This document shows, one piece after another, positions 1-9,762 of a DNA stretch of 64,000 nt. Origin of the DNA: Candidatus Azotimanducaceae bacterium (GTDB taxonomy: Bacteria > Pseudomonadota > Gammaproteobacteria > Pseudomonadales > Azotimanducaceae). The notes under the pieces are model-generated. The model was not told the DNA's origin, ran no database searches, and saw only the letters and a program-made list of their open reading frames with translations. The stretch covers positions 2,848,940 to 2,912,939 of the forward strand of contig OZ241908.1 of the NCBI GenBank assembly GCA_965203685.1. The letters are read 5' to 3'. A program made the position numbers and the translations under genes. Every line of letters begins with the position of its first letter. The stretch's first letter is position 1.

Positions 1-345
1 CGAGTCAGCGCCGACATCACGCCGCATCTGGTCCGTCGCGTCGGCATTGCCGCGCGCGTGCAAGGCATGCGGCGGTATTACGCCTTAGTCCTGACCGACG
101 GCGGCAAGGCGCAGTTGGTGCGCGAACTCGACGGCACGACGGTCCTGGCCGAGACCGACCAGCCGCTCGAGTTGTACCGAACCTACCAGTTCGAGATCGC
201 AGCACAGGGGTCGACGATCACGGGCAGCATCGACGGTACAGCCGTGCTTACGGCAGAGGATGCCAGCCTCGCCGAAGGCGGCATTGCGCTCCTGATCGAC
301 GAAGGGCGTACAGCGACGCAGTCGGTGCGGATCAGCGCGCCATGA
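1..345 (+). CDS. C-terminal fragment of a LamG/concanavalin-like (jelly-roll) domain protein; 5' end lies outside the window
   Basis: Frame 1 is open from the window edge to TGA 343-345. The beta-rich tail (...TITGSIDGTAVLTAEDASLAEGGIALLIDEGRTATQSVRI) resembles the last strands of LamG/DUF1080-type domains. The stop overlaps the next ATG (ATGA). Confidence 0.45.
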   Translation, partial: RVSADITPHLVRRVGIAARVQGMRRYYALVLTDGGKAQLVRELDGTTVLAETDQPLELYRTYQFEIAAQGSTITGSIDGTAVLTAEDASLAEGGIALLIDEGRTATQSVRISAP

Positions 346-2273
346 CGACGACTGAGAGTCGCGGCGGGAGCCCGGAGCCGACGGATGAGGAGATCACCGA
401 AGAGTTGCTGAGAATCATCGCTGAACTCGACGCCCTTGAGACCAGCGTCGTCGAGCAGCTAGCCGACGGTGCGAATCCGGACACGTACCTGGCATGGGCC
501 AGGACCACGTTCCCGGATCTTGCGCCCAGACTGTTCGAAGTGTCCGAGGTGCCGGACAAGGTGGCGTGCTGGCTCGCGCGCAAGCTGTGGAACGTGATGC
601 CGGTCGAAGCCAACGGGTTCGAACCCGTGCCCATGCCGGAACCCGGACCGGACGCGCCGTGCCCGTGCGGATCTGGTCGCACGTTCGGGGCCGGCTGCAG
701 CAACTTCTCGCTCGAGATCCCGATACTCCCCAACAGCCTCTGGCCCGCCCTGGCGGAAACTCGCCCGTCTTCGCATTGGCTACGTCTTGCACGGTCTGGT
801 GCACTGCCCGACCTCGGCTTGATGTACATCGCGCAGTGGTTACACACCTCCGGAGCATCGCAAGACATCGTTGACCTGCTCGCACCGAGAGTCACTGCCG
901 GGGGGCTCGCACCGGACCATTGCCTGGACACGATGGAGTTGCTCGCCAACAGCTATCGGGAACTCGAGCGGCCGAGCGACGAAGAGACCATGCTCCGGCG
1001 CTTCAGCGCCAATGACGATGCCTTCGTCCGATGCGTTGCGAACCGCCGTCTCGCGATGGTTCTCCACGCCCAAGGGCATTTCGACCGCGCCTGGCGACAC
1101 GTTCAGACGGCTGCGGAAGCCGCCCCGGATGATCCCGATACGGCACTTCAAGAACTGGTGCTGCTGACCGAGGAAGGGCGGCACGACGAAGCCGAGGATC
1201 GGGCCGCCGACTGGTGTGTACACCTGCTCGAAGCCGGTGTCGAAGTGGATGACCCGATGTTTGAGTTGATCAGCCGTTTCGAGACCGATGCCCAGTACGG
1301 ACGCGAAGAGTACTTCCGATGGTTCCTGCCGCCGGCGTTCGGCGAACTGGTCGACTGGATCGACGAGGCGGTCGAGCGTCCGCTCGCCACGCCGAGGTGG
1401 CGGCGCATGCAAGGCACCGAGGATGACGACCTCTTGCGCGAGGCCCATGTGCCGGAGACAGCCGCACCGATCGAGAGCCTGGAAGCGCAGTGGCGAAGTC
1501 TCGACGACGGCCCGCTCTACTCCGATGACGACGTGGCTGACCTCGAGGTCTGGGTACCTTGGCTCCTCGAACACGAGGAAGCCGTGGACAGTTTCGTCAT
1601 CCTGGCCGACCTCGCCGACTATCTCGAAGAGCACGAGGAACTCCTCGGCGGCGAGGACAACCGGTGGCACGAGGCGATCGTTCAGCGTGGCGCGGACATG
1701 CTCGAGCGCTCGTGGCCCGACGATCACGAGGGGGCGTTGCCTTGGGTCGTTGACGACAACCGACCTGCGCTCGGCCTGCTCTCGGACTACATCGATCTGC
1801 TCGACGAGGGCGACGACCGGTACGAGGATCTGATGGCGCTGTACCTACGGCTGAATCGTCAGGACAATCACTGCTACCGGATTGAACTGATCAACCTGTT
1901 GCTGCGCAACGGTCGCGACGCCGAAGCCCTCGCGCTGGGCGAGCGCTACGGCGACGACATGTTTGCGGAGACGCGCTACGGCGTCGGCTTGGCGCTGTAT
2001 CGCCTCGAGCGCGAACCCGAGGCCGCCGAAGCCATAGGCAGCGCCGTCGAGGATCTGCCCCGGGTTTTGCAGTATCTGCTTCGCAACAGGATCGAACAGC
2101 CGCCCGCTGACGAGCAGGACTTGCTCCCCGGGGGCGAGTACCAAGCCTGGGTGTACCGCGAGGACATGCGCGCGACGTGGCTGGCCGTACCGGGCATGAA
2201 AGACTGGCTGAAGCAGTTCGTGGAGCGGGGCCAGGCGGCCCTGCGTCGGGACCGGGCGCGCCGTCGCCGTTAG
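342..2273 (+). CDS. SEC-C motif protein with acidic helical-repeat (TPR-like) body
   Basis: 643-aa ORF. It carries the Cys-rich SEC-C-type metal-binding motif CPCGSGRTFGAGC near the N-terminus. The remainder is acidic and helical. It is translationally coupled (ATGA) to the upstream gene. Confidence 0.7.
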   Translation: MTTTESRGGSPEPTDEEITEELLRIIAELDALETSVVEQLADGANPDTYLAWARTTFPDLAPRLFEVSEVPDKVACWLARKLWNVMPVEANGFEPVPMPEPGPDAPCPCGSGRTFGAGCSNFSLEIPILPNSLWPALAETRPSSHWLRLARSGALPDLGLMYIAQWLHTSGASQDIVDLLAPRVTAGGLAPDHCLDTMELLANSYRELERPSDEETMLRRFSANDDAFVRCVANRRLAMVLHAQGHFDRAWRHVQTAAEAAPDDPDTALQELVLLTEEGRHDEAEDRAADWCVHLLEAGVEVDDPMFELISRFETDAQYGREEYFRWFLPPAFGELVDWIDEAVERPLATPRWRRMQGTEDDDLLREAHVPETAAPIESLEAQWRSLDDGPLYSDDDVADLEVWVPWLLEHEEAVDSFVILADLADYLEEHEELLGGEDNRWHEAIVQRGADMLERSWPDDHEGALPWVVDDNRPALGLLSDYIDLLDEGDDRYEDLMALYLRLNRQDNHCYRIELINLLLRNGRDAEALALGERYGDDMFAETRYGVGLALYRLEREPEAAEAIGSAVEDLPRVLQYLLRNRIEQPPADEQDLLPGGEYQAWVYREDMRATWLAVPGMKDWLKQFVERGQAALRRDRARRRR

Positions 2274-2890
2274 ACCTGTACGGACGCGCCTGAGCGACGG
2301 CCCGCCCACCAGCGAGCGATCAGATCGTCCACGCTGGTGAACCTGCCACCGCCGGTGAAGAACAGCGACAGGAGCATCACGAAGTACATCGCGGCGAACT
2401 CGATGCCGTTGTTGAGTATGGTGATGCTGCCGCGGCCGGTGAGCCATCGGTAGTCGCCGTGCTCGCGCAGGATCTCGATGGCCGCGGCCTTGCGTTCGGC
2501 GGCTTCCATCACGCGATCGTTGGCGAGCCAACTGCTCGAATCCGACAGCACCAGCCAGCCGTTGTCCCAATGCACGGCGAGCGCCGCGACGAGCATGGTG
2601 ACCATCAGCGGAATCGCCACGATGCGCGTGCCGAGGCCGATCAGCAGCAGCACACCGCCACCAAGTTCGGCGCTCATGGCCAACGCCGCCATCAGTTCCG
2701 GGAACGGCATCCCCAGGCTGTTGCCGAACCAATACACCGTCCCTTCGAAGCCCACCAGCTTGTTCCAGCCAGCCTGCACCATGACCGGCGCGAGGATCAG
2801 CCGCAGCAGGAGCGGCGCGATGCCATCGAGCGGGGCGATCGTCCGCAAGGCACCGTCGTAGGTTGTTGCGGTTGCGTTCAAGAGTGACAT
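2270..2890 (-). CDS. DoxX family membrane protein
   Basis: 206 aa with about four hydrophobic helices. The pattern APLLLRLILAPVMVQAGWNKL is typical of DoxX. GAGGAG lies 7 nt upstream of the ATG. Confidence 0.8.
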   Translation of the reverse strand: MSLLNATATTYDGALRTIAPLDGIAPLLLRLILAPVMVQAGWNKLVGFEGTVYWFGNSLGMPFPELMAALAMSAELGGGVLLLIGLGTRIVAIPLMVTMLVAALAVHWDNGWLVLSDSSSWLANDRVMEAAERKAAAIEILREHGDYRWLTGRGSITILNNGIEFAAMYFVMLLSLFFTGGGRFTSVDDLIARWWAGRRSGASVQV

Positions 2891-2914
2891 GGGCTTGCTC
2901 CTCGGACCGTTCGC

Positions 2915-3682
2915 TTAGTGCATCTCGTAGGCGCCCGCCACGTTCAGCGCGATCCCGCTCACGTTCGGCGCACTCGCCAGGAACACGGCCGCCTGGCCCA
3001 TGTCGTCCACGGTCTGCGCCCTTCCCAAGGGGATCATCTCCTGCATGCGCGTCTCGAAGTCGTTTTCGGGACGGTTCGCCATCAAGTGGTCGTGCCACAT
3101 GGCAGTGCCCACCATCCCCGGACACAGGGCGTTGACCCGGATCCCGTCCGGTGCGAGTTCCAGCGCGAAGGACTGCGTGATGCCGACCACCGCGAACTTC
3201 GAGCCGCAGTAGGCCGCCATGCGCGGCGCACCCCGCTTGCCGGCGATCGACGCGGTGTTGACGACCGCGGCGTTGTCGGAGCCGCGCAGCGCTGCGACCG
3301 CCGCACGCGTCATCAGGAAGATCCCTTTGACGTTGACGGCGAAAATCCGGTCCCAGCGTTCTTCGGAGAACTCGGCGATCGGCCCGCTGTCGACAACGCC
3401 CGCGTTGTTCACGAGAACGTCCAGACCGCCGAAGGTGTCGACTGTCGCCTCGACGGCGGCCGCGCACGATGACGTATCCGTGACATCGACGGGTGTCGCC
3501 TCCACCGAGAGTTCCGCCGCCGTCGCCTTGAGTTCCGACTCCGAAGCCAATGCATAGCGCCAGCCTTCGGGGTCGGCCAGATCGGCGATCATGACGTTGT
3601 CGCCAGCCTCGACGAAAGCACGGGCGATACCCTTGCCGATCCCCCGCGCGCCCCCGGTGACAAGAACGGTTCGATTTGCCAT
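2915..3682 (-). CDS. SDR family oxidoreductase
   Basis: N-terminal TGGARGIGKG Rossmann motif, NNAG, and a YCGSK (YxxxK) catalytic motif. Confidence 0.9.
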   Translation of the reverse strand: MANRTVLVTGGARGIGKGIARAFVEAGDNVMIADLADPEGWRYALASESELKATAAELSVEATPVDVTDTSSCAAAVEATVDTFGGLDVLVNNAGVVDSGPIAEFSEERWDRIFAVNVKGIFLMTRAAVAALRGSDNAAVVNTASIAGKRGAPRMAAYCGSKFAVVGITQSFALELAPDGIRVNALCPGMVGTAMWHDHLMANRPENDFETRMQEMIPLGRAQTVDDMGQAAVFLASAPNVSGIALNVAGAYEMH

Positions 3683-3734
3683 GGTGCTACCCTCTTATGA
3701 ACCGGGCTAAGCATACTGCGCGCCGGCGAGACCC

Positions 3735-4553
3735 ATGATCCTCTCCCACGATCAGCTTGAGACGTTCGCCGAAGACGGCTTGCTGACCCTGCACGGCGGG
3801 CTTCCCGACGACGTCTGGAAGCCACTCGCCGACCGCGTGCAGAGCGCCCTGATGAGCGCCGGTCTCGGCGATTCGAACGTGCCGGACGGCGAGTTCAAAC
3901 ACCGGCGCAAGCGGGTGACCCGAGCGCTGAAGCCGCATCTGAACGCGGTCTATACCGAAGAGCTCAATGGATGTGCCAGCCAACTCATGGCCGACGACGC
4001 CGTCGGGCGGCACGCGGCCCTGCTGCTGATGACTCTGCCCGGTCAGAGCCCGATGGGGCCGGTCACGCAATGGTCGATACCGCGACAGGTTTGGCATACC
4101 GACGCCCCGCGGGTCAGCGGACCCGGAGTGCCGGGCATCATCGCACTCGGCTTCCTCGGCCAGGTTCTCGCGGGCGGCGGCGGCACGCTGCTCGTCGCGG
4201 GCTCACACCGCCTACTTGACGCGCCGGGCCGTGAACTGCGCTCGAAGGCGTTCAAGCAGGCACTACGGAAGAAGCCGTATTTCAACGTCCTCCTAGGTGA
4301 GGACAACGCCCAGCGAGCCCGGTATCTCGCACAGGCCCATCGCGTGGACGGCGTCGACCTCCGGGTCGTCGAATTGACCGGCGAGCCGGGCGACGTGGTG
4401 CTCGCCGATGCCCGGCTGCTGCACGCACCGGCACCGAATGCGCAATCAACGCCGCGCTTGATGGTCCGCGGGTTCTACATTGGCCGACCGCTTGCCGAGC
4501 ACTACAGCGCGCTTTGGCCGGAGTACGCTAGCTCTCCGCCCGACGCCGCCTGA
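3735..4553 (+). CDS. Phytanoyl-CoA dioxygenase (PhyH) family Fe(II)/2-oxoglutarate oxygenase
   Basis: N-terminal LSHDQLETFAEDGLL pattern, an HxD motif (WHTD) and a distal His (LLHAP). Confidence 0.75.
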   Translation: MILSHDQLETFAEDGLLTLHGGLPDDVWKPLADRVQSALMSAGLGDSNVPDGEFKHRRKRVTRALKPHLNAVYTEELNGCASQLMADDAVGRHAALLLMTLPGQSPMGPVTQWSIPRQVWHTDAPRVSGPGVPGIIALGFLGQVLAGGGGTLLVAGSHRLLDAPGRELRSKAFKQALRKKPYFNVLLGEDNAQRARYLAQAHRVDGVDLRVVELTGEPGDVVLADARLLHAPAPNAQSTPRLMVRGFYIGRPLAEHYSALWPEYASSPPDAA

Positions 4554-5508
4554 CCCAGTCACGCGCTTGGTGCCAGGTGCGGCGGACACCGCCGGTGGCG
4601 AGGAACTCCTCGGTCAACGTCGGTCGGTCCGCGGCAAAGTTGCGCCACACCGCCTCGGTGTAGGGTCGGCTCACGGTGGCAAGGCTCGGGTAGAAACCCT
4701 TGGCTTCGATCTCGCCGAGGACCTCGCGGTAGTGGTCGAAGACATGCCGGTCGAGCAAGGTGCCCGCGGCCTGGACGCTCGACAGCGCCCCGCTGCCCAC
4801 CTTCCCGATCTGCTTCAGAGAACCCAAGGTCACCACGCCCGAGACGTCGAACGCGCTCACGCCTTGGCGTTGGGCAGTGTCGCCGATCCGTTCCCAAAGC
4901 CGTCGCAGTTCGACCTCGGGCAGAACGCTGGCCACGTCCACCTCGGCGAGCGATTCACGCGTCTCGCGAACCGTCTGCCGCAAGCCTTCGACGGACAGCG
5001 GCGGCGTATCGAACGCCGTCGCGGTTCGTTCGCTGGCATCGGCCACCACCTCGAGTAGGTCGTCCGCCTTCTGGACCCGCGTCGCATCGGCAATGACGCC
5101 GCGTCTTTCGAGTTCCTCGGCAAACTCGCGCAGGTACGCCTTCGACCCGTAGGCGATGTCGCTCACGAGGGCCAGGATGAGCATCGGCGACACATGGACA
5201 GTGGCGAGGCTCGCAAGCTCCACGAAGTTGCCGACCGTCTTGCGGGCAACGTAATCGTCCACCCGGTCGTCACGGGATGCCAATGGTCGCTGCACGCCGC
5301 CCATGTCCTCGGCCATGAAGTCCAGCATCTGGCCGACGAAGACGCGATAGGTCTTGGCATCGCGAAAGGCGCGCGGCAACAGGACCGCGGCGGACTCCCG
5401 CAACGCGCCGCCGACGACGCCGGCGGTGCTGCGCAAGGCGCGCTCGGGTAGCGACAAACCGTAGCGCAGATGCCGGCGAACGGTTTCTCGGACATCGTCG
5501 GTTGCCAC
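4528..5508 (-). CDS. Hypothetical protein (helical, no recognisable motif)
   Basis: 326-aa ORF with a GTG start and coding-like composition. Its 3' end overlaps the convergent PhyH gene by 26 nt. Confidence 0.55.
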   Translation of the reverse strand: MATDDVRETVRRHLRYGLSLPERALRSTAGVVGGALRESAAVLLPRAFRDAKTYRVFVGQMLDFMAEDMGGVQRPLASRDDRVDDYVARKTVGNFVELASLATVHVSPMLILALVSDIAYGSKAYLREFAEELERRGVIADATRVQKADDLLEVVADASERTATAFDTPPLSVEGLRQTVRETRESLAEVDVASVLPEVELRRLWERIGDTAQRQGVSAFDVSGVVTLGSLKQIGKVGSGALSSVQAAGTLLDRHVFDHYREVLGEIEAKGFYPSLATVSRPYTEAVWRNFAADRPTLTEEFLATGGVRRTWHQARDWVRRRRAES

Positions 5509-5740
5509 TGTACTCGCGTCCGCCTAAGTGTCCGGTCTGCTAGGCAAGGTGATGCCCGCCGTGGCCTGCCCGTCAATGAGAACGTGCTTGCGGAGTATAG
5601 CGAGTGACGCGGCAGGATGGCGCTGCGCGATCCTGCCCGTACTGACCCACGTACACCCGAGCGATCGGCTTGTCGCGCCCTGTTTCGGGAGTGTGCTACG
5701 TTGACCCGAGTGGAACGCCCCGATGGCACGAGGAAGAAAA

Positions 5741-6379
5741 ATGTCATACGTGATCGACATGTCCACCTTGAAGAAGGAAGGGGAGTTCGGGTCGAAGGAG
5801 TGGGGCGAAGCCTGCGCGGCTGCGGCGGTCAAGATCCTCGAGGCTGCGGCTTTGCCTGCGGATTTCGAGTGGGCATTCACCGAGTGCTATACGCATCCTC
5901 CCGCTCGACTCATGAAGGGTGGTCGGGAGAAGGCTGGCTACTTCATCATCGTCAAGGACGGCAAGATCACCGGGGGCGACGGCGAACCGGAACAGGCGCT
6001 GGCGATACGGGGATTCCACATCCGGGCCCGGTGGGCTGCCATCTGCAACCAGTCCGGTGCCTTCTACGGCAGCGAGGGTGGGCGGAAACGCCGCGAAGAC
6101 CAACAAGCGCTGCAGGCGGCGATCGAGCAATACGTCGGCCGCAAGAACCCCTACGGAGAAGAGCAACCGTCGCAGATGTACTGGCCCGAGACCGTCAGCG
6201 TTCCGCTGATGGCCGGCTCCGAAGAAGGCAATGGCCTGCACAACATCGCCGCTGCGATGCAGACCCAGTCACCGGAGTTCGTGGACCTGCCGGTCACGGA
6301 GATGCTGGTGCCGATCTTCGAGGAGATGAGCGAGCAACAGAGAAAGGATTTCCTCGAACTCTTGGCCGTGGAGATGTAG
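5741..6379 (+). CDS. Hypothetical protein (N-terminal half faintly SCP2-like)
   Basis: ATG 5741 is preceded by AGGAAG. The track ORF starts 18 nt earlier at 5723. I recognise no firm family. Confidence 0.55.
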   Translation: MSYVIDMSTLKKEGEFGSKEWGEACAAAAVKILEAAALPADFEWAFTECYTHPPARLMKGGREKAGYFIIVKDGKITGGDGEPEQALAIRGFHIRARWAAICNQSGAFYGSEGGRKRREDQQALQAAIEQYVGRKNPYGEEQPSQMYWPETVSVPLMAGSEEGNGLHNIAAAMQTQSPEFVDLPVTEMLVPIFEEMSEQQRKDFLELLAVEM

Positions 6380-6617
6380 CCGAGTTCGCCACTGAAGAGG
6401 CCTAGCGGCGCTCTGCCCCATCCAGTACCCGCCAAGTTCCGACGGTAAGAAACTTCGCTCATCTGTTGAGTTCACCCGCGGTGAAGCAACTGGGCCTTGG
6501 ACTTGAGAACCCGGAGGCCATCGCAAGCGGTCGCCGAACCCGGAGCCGACGGCGTATGGATGTCAGCGCGACGAAGTTCTATATTGGCCGCGTCAGGCAC
6601 ACTCTTGAGGGCATGCC

Positions 6618-7115
6618 ATGTCCGACTCATTCACCGAGGCCTGCCTCGCCAACAACGCGAAGTACGCTCAGGCCTTCGACAAGGGCGACCTGCCCATTCC
6701 ACCGGCCGGCAAGACGGCAATAGTCGCTTGCATGGACGCCCGCATGGATCCCGCGCGCCTGCTCGGTCTCGATGAGGGCGACGCACACGTGATCCGCAAC
6801 GCCGGGGGCGTGGTCAGCGAAGACGTCATCCGCTCGCTGGTGATCTCGCAGCGCCTCCTGGGCACGGAGGAGATCATCCTTCTTCACCACACGGACTGCG
6901 GCATGGTGACCTTCAAGGACGATGACGTGAAGGCGGCCATCGAGGCGGATACGGGCCTCAGACCGACCTTTGCCATGGAAGCGTTCCCGGACGCCGAGGA
7001 AGATGTCCGCCAGTCGATCCGGCGCATCGAGGCCTGTCCCTTCATCCCGGTCCGCGACCGCGTCCGCGGTTTCGTCTACGAGGTCGAAACGGGTCGCCTG
7101 AACGAGGTCACCTGA
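6618..7115 (+). CDS. Beta-class carbonic anhydrase
   Basis: Zn-ligand motifs CxDxR (ACMDARMD) and HxxC (HHTDCGM); 165 aa. Confidence 0.9.
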   Translation: MSDSFTEACLANNAKYAQAFDKGDLPIPPAGKTAIVACMDARMDPARLLGLDEGDAHVIRNAGGVVSEDVIRSLVISQRLLGTEEIILLHHTDCGMVTFKDDDVKAAIEADTGLRPTFAMEAFPDAEEDVRQSIRRIEACPFIPVRDRVRGFVYEVETGRLNEVT

Positions 7116-7117
7116 CG

Positions 7118-7834
7118 ATGGCAACAGCTCGCGTCGACCGCGTCCGCGCCACGCTGCATGCCCTTCGCCAACTCGTGGCCGATCCGGACGACACGCCGCG
7201 GGTGTTCGAAATCACCCGTGCCCTGGGGTTGCCCTCGCTTCGTCGTGGCGCGCTCCGGTTCAAGTCCACGCCCGTCGGGCGCCGGGTACTCGCGGAGCGG
7301 ATCGACCTGCTTGACACGCTCCGCGACCGTGCCGCCCTCGCTAGACTCCCGAGCGGCACGCTTGGCCGCGCATACCACGACTTCGTCTACCGCGAGGACC
7401 TTTCCGCGGACGGACTGGTGGAAGCCAGCATGGTGGGTGGTAGCCACACGCGTTTCGACGACGCGGACATGAAGCGTTACGCCGAGAGGATGCGCGAACA
7501 GCACGATCTGTGGCATACCCTCACCGGCTACGGTCGCGATCCGTTCGGCGAGGTCTGCCTGCTGGCGTTCACCTACGCCCAGACGCGCAGCAAGGGACTC
7601 GGACTCATCACCTTGGCTGGCACTTGGAAAGGCTTCCAGAGAGCCGGCAGCCGGGTCCCCAAGGCGATCTGGACGGCATACCAAGCTGGGCGCCACGCGA
7701 GTTGGCTACCCGAGCAGGATTGGGAACGCCTGTTGCCTCTCCCGGTGGACGACGTGCGCCGGCGGTTGGCGATACCGCCACCCGCGCGCGCCTATCGCGA
7801 AGCGGTTGCCGCCCCGCAGCCCGCGACCGCTTAG
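7118..7834 (+). CDS. COQ4-family ubiquinone biosynthesis protein homologue
   Basis: Contains HDLWHTLTGYGRDPFGE, which matches the Coq4 zinc motif HDxxH-x11-E. It starts 2 nt after the carbonic anhydrase stop. Confidence 0.8.
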   Translation: MATARVDRVRATLHALRQLVADPDDTPRVFEITRALGLPSLRRGALRFKSTPVGRRVLAERIDLLDTLRDRAALARLPSGTLGRAYHDFVYREDLSADGLVEASMVGGSHTRFDDADMKRYAERMREQHDLWHTLTGYGRDPFGEVCLLAFTYAQTRSKGLGLITLAGTWKGFQRAGSRVPKAIWTAYQAGRHASWLPEQDWERLLPLPVDDVRRRLAIPPPARAYREAVAAPQPATA

Positions 7835-7844
7835 GCTGGACTCG

Positions 7845-8354
7845 GTGACCGGTTGCCAGCGGAGTGTGCGCTTCGCGGCGCTCGTGGCCAGCGTCTCCCT
7901 GCTTGCCATACCGGCTTCGGCCGCCTCGGAGCGTAGTTTCAAAAAGACGGTGTTCGAAGCCGAGAAAGAGAAGTCGCTCGAACTGGGCGGCGAGATCCGC
8001 CACGAATACAAGATCGAGTTGAAGCCCACCGTGGTCGGGCCCGAGTGCCAGGCCCAAGTGTCGATCTCCTACGTGCCGATGTACGACAAGGTCCGCGTCG
8101 AGACATCGGTCGAACACGACGGCTGCCCGGCGTCGAGCGGCGACTACACGCTGCGCGTACGCACACGCGGTACCGACGGCGAAGTCGCGACACAGGACAT
8201 CCAGGAGTCATGGCGCCGTACCGACGCCGTCCGCGTCGATCGTACGGACGTATATCCGCTGGATCCTGAGCGCGAGTTGGTCTGGGTCCGTGTACGCACC
8301 GAACGCAAGACCAACTGCCGTTGCGAAGCCGTCGCGGCCGGCGGGGACCCCTAG
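7845..8354 (+). CDS. Hypothetical exported protein (4 Cys)
   Basis: Signal-peptide-like RFAALVASVSLLAIPASA. The start is uncertain: GTG 7845, GTG 7866, or the track start 7806, which overlaps the COQ4-family gene. Confidence 0.5.
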   Translation: MTGCQRSVRFAALVASVSLLAIPASAASERSFKKTVFEAEKEKSLELGGEIRHEYKIELKPTVVGPECQAQVSISYVPMYDKVRVETSVEHDGCPASSGDYTLRVRTRGTDGEVATQDIQESWRRTDAVRVDRTDVYPLDPERELVWVRVRTERKTNCRCEAVAAGGDP

Positions 8355-8373
8355 ATCGCCGGTGCAGCGCCAT

Positions 8374-9762
8374 TCACCCAACTGCAAGCGCTGCGTCCGC
8401 GAACGCAGCGACCGCCGCCGTAAGGTCGGCAACGCGCTTGCGGCCAACGCTCTCCGTGAAGCAGAACGACAGCCGTAACTGGTTCAAGCCGGCGTGAGGA
8501 TTGCGTTGCCGGGCGTCCGGCGGGTAGAAGTCGTACATGGGAATCACGACGACGCCATGCTCCGCGACTAGCGTCGCGACGAATTCGTCGTCGGTGACGA
8601 TGTCGGGGTCGAGGAACGTGAACACGCTGAAGAACCCGGCTTGCGGCTCGGTCCAGCGGAACCGGTCGGGATGAGAGCCTAACTTGCCGTGCAGTCCGTC
8701 GAGCAGGACTGCCCGGTTTTCCCGGTAGACGGCGAGCTTTTTCTCCGCCACTGGCCACAGGGAGTCGCGACGTTGGAACGACTCGTCGAACAGCAGCGAC
8801 TCGAATGAGCGGAGCGCCTGGGGGTTGTGGAACAGGATGTCGGCGCTGGCTTCGGTGAGCAATAGGTCGGCGAGCGGAGCCCGGGTGCCGCTCTCGATTT
8901 CGACAACCGCCTCCGAGTAGGCAAAGCCCACCCGGGGGCCCGGCAGGCCAATCTTGGACCCGGTGAACAGGTGCACCGTCCGCGTGGGGTCGAGGGCGAT
9001 GAACGGCTGCGGTCGTTCGGCCGGCTCGGCGTAGCTGATGTAGACGTAGGGGGCATCCTCCACGATCAGGAGCCCCTCGCTCTGCACGATGTCCAGGATT
9101 TCGTGGCGGCGCGCGGTGCTGAACGAGAAACCCGCCGGGTTGTGGCCATCCGGAACCGTGTAGTAGAACGGCACGTAGAACCCGTCGTCGCGGGCTCGGC
9201 GTACGGCATCCCGCAAGCCGTCCGGGTGCGGCCCCTCCTCGTCCATGTCGACGCTGTAGATCCGCGCGTGGCGACACAGCGCCGCACGCGCCACGAAGCC
9301 AGCATAGGTCGGTGCGTCCGTGATGTAGGCGATCGGGGTTCCGGGGCGCTCGAACAACGAGCACATGAGGCTGATGCCGCCGGTCGCGCCGACCGTGGGC
9401 AGCAGCTTGGCGGGGTCGATGTCGACCTTCCAGTCGTTGCCGTACACGGCCGCGAACGACTCGCGCGGGCTCACCGGGCCGAGTGTGTCGGTATAGGCGT
9501 AGGACTCGCGCAAGTACTCGGGAAGCGCCGTCGGGTCGTTGACGCCTTCGGCATGGCGCAAGTGCTCGAAAAAGGCCTGCTCATGGGCGATGAAGCCACG
9601 CGGATCGGTGACCTCCGGGTTGGGGTAGCCGGCACCGAGATGGTGGATGGTCAGCCCCTTGGCTTGCGCGACGGCACGTAACTCCGGCAACGACGCAGCC
9701 ATTTTGCGCGTCACCGAAACGGGTTGCTGGGCCAAGCTGGGAGCGATGAGCGTGGAGTCCAT
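8374..9762 (-). CDS. PLP-dependent aminotransferase (fold type I, class I/II)
   Basis: 462 aa with the PLP-lysine context FTGSKIGLPGPRVGF and GAGYPNP near the N-terminus. Confidence 0.85.
   Translation of the reverse strand: MDSTLIAPSLAQQPVSVTRKMAASLPELRAVAQAKGLTIHHLGAGYPNPEVTDPRGFIAHEQAFFEHLRHAEGVNDPTALPEYLRESYAYTDTLGPVSPRESFAAVYGNDWKVDIDPAKLLPTVGATGGISLMCSLFERPGTPIAYITDAPTYAGFVARAALCRHARIYSVDMDEEGPHPDGLRDAVRRARDDGFYVPFYYTVPDGHNPAGFSFSTARRHEILDIVQSEGLLIVEDAPYVYISYAEPAERPQPFIALDPTRTVHLFTGSKIGLPGPRVGFAYSEAVVEIESGTRAPLADLLLTEASADILFHNPQALRSFESLLFDESFQRRDSLWPVAEKKLAVYRENRAVLLDGLHGKLGSHPDRFRWTEPQAGFFSVFTFLDPDIVTDDEFVATLVAEHGVVVIPMYDFYPPDARQRNPHAGLNQLRLSFCFTESVGRKRVADLTAAVAAFADAALAVG

Noticed and set aside
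1845-3467. Very long ORFs in the track that overlap recognised genes on the opposite strand or in another frame. Examples are 1845-3467(-) 540 aa, 23428-24762(+) 444 aa, 27977-29257(+) 426 aa, 45573-46973(+) 466 aa, 45679-46941(-) 420 aa, 53965-55569(+) 534 aa and 56132-57532(-) 466 aa.
   Set aside because: Their translations are Arg/Gly/Pro/Ala/His-rich, low-complexity and motif-free. Each lies entirely over a gene with clear family motifs. This is the expected stop-codon-poor antisense artefact of a genome with high G+C.
6507-6545. A 10-bp direct repeat GAACCCGGAG (6507-6516 and 6536-6545) upstream of the carbonic anhydrase gene, considered as a regulator binding site. A TATATT box lies at 6580-6585.
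   Set aside because: A rough estimate gives a few such short-range 10-mer repeats per 64 kb by chance at this composition. There is no palindromic structure or nearby regulator gene to support a binding site. The -10-like box is plausible but unsupported.
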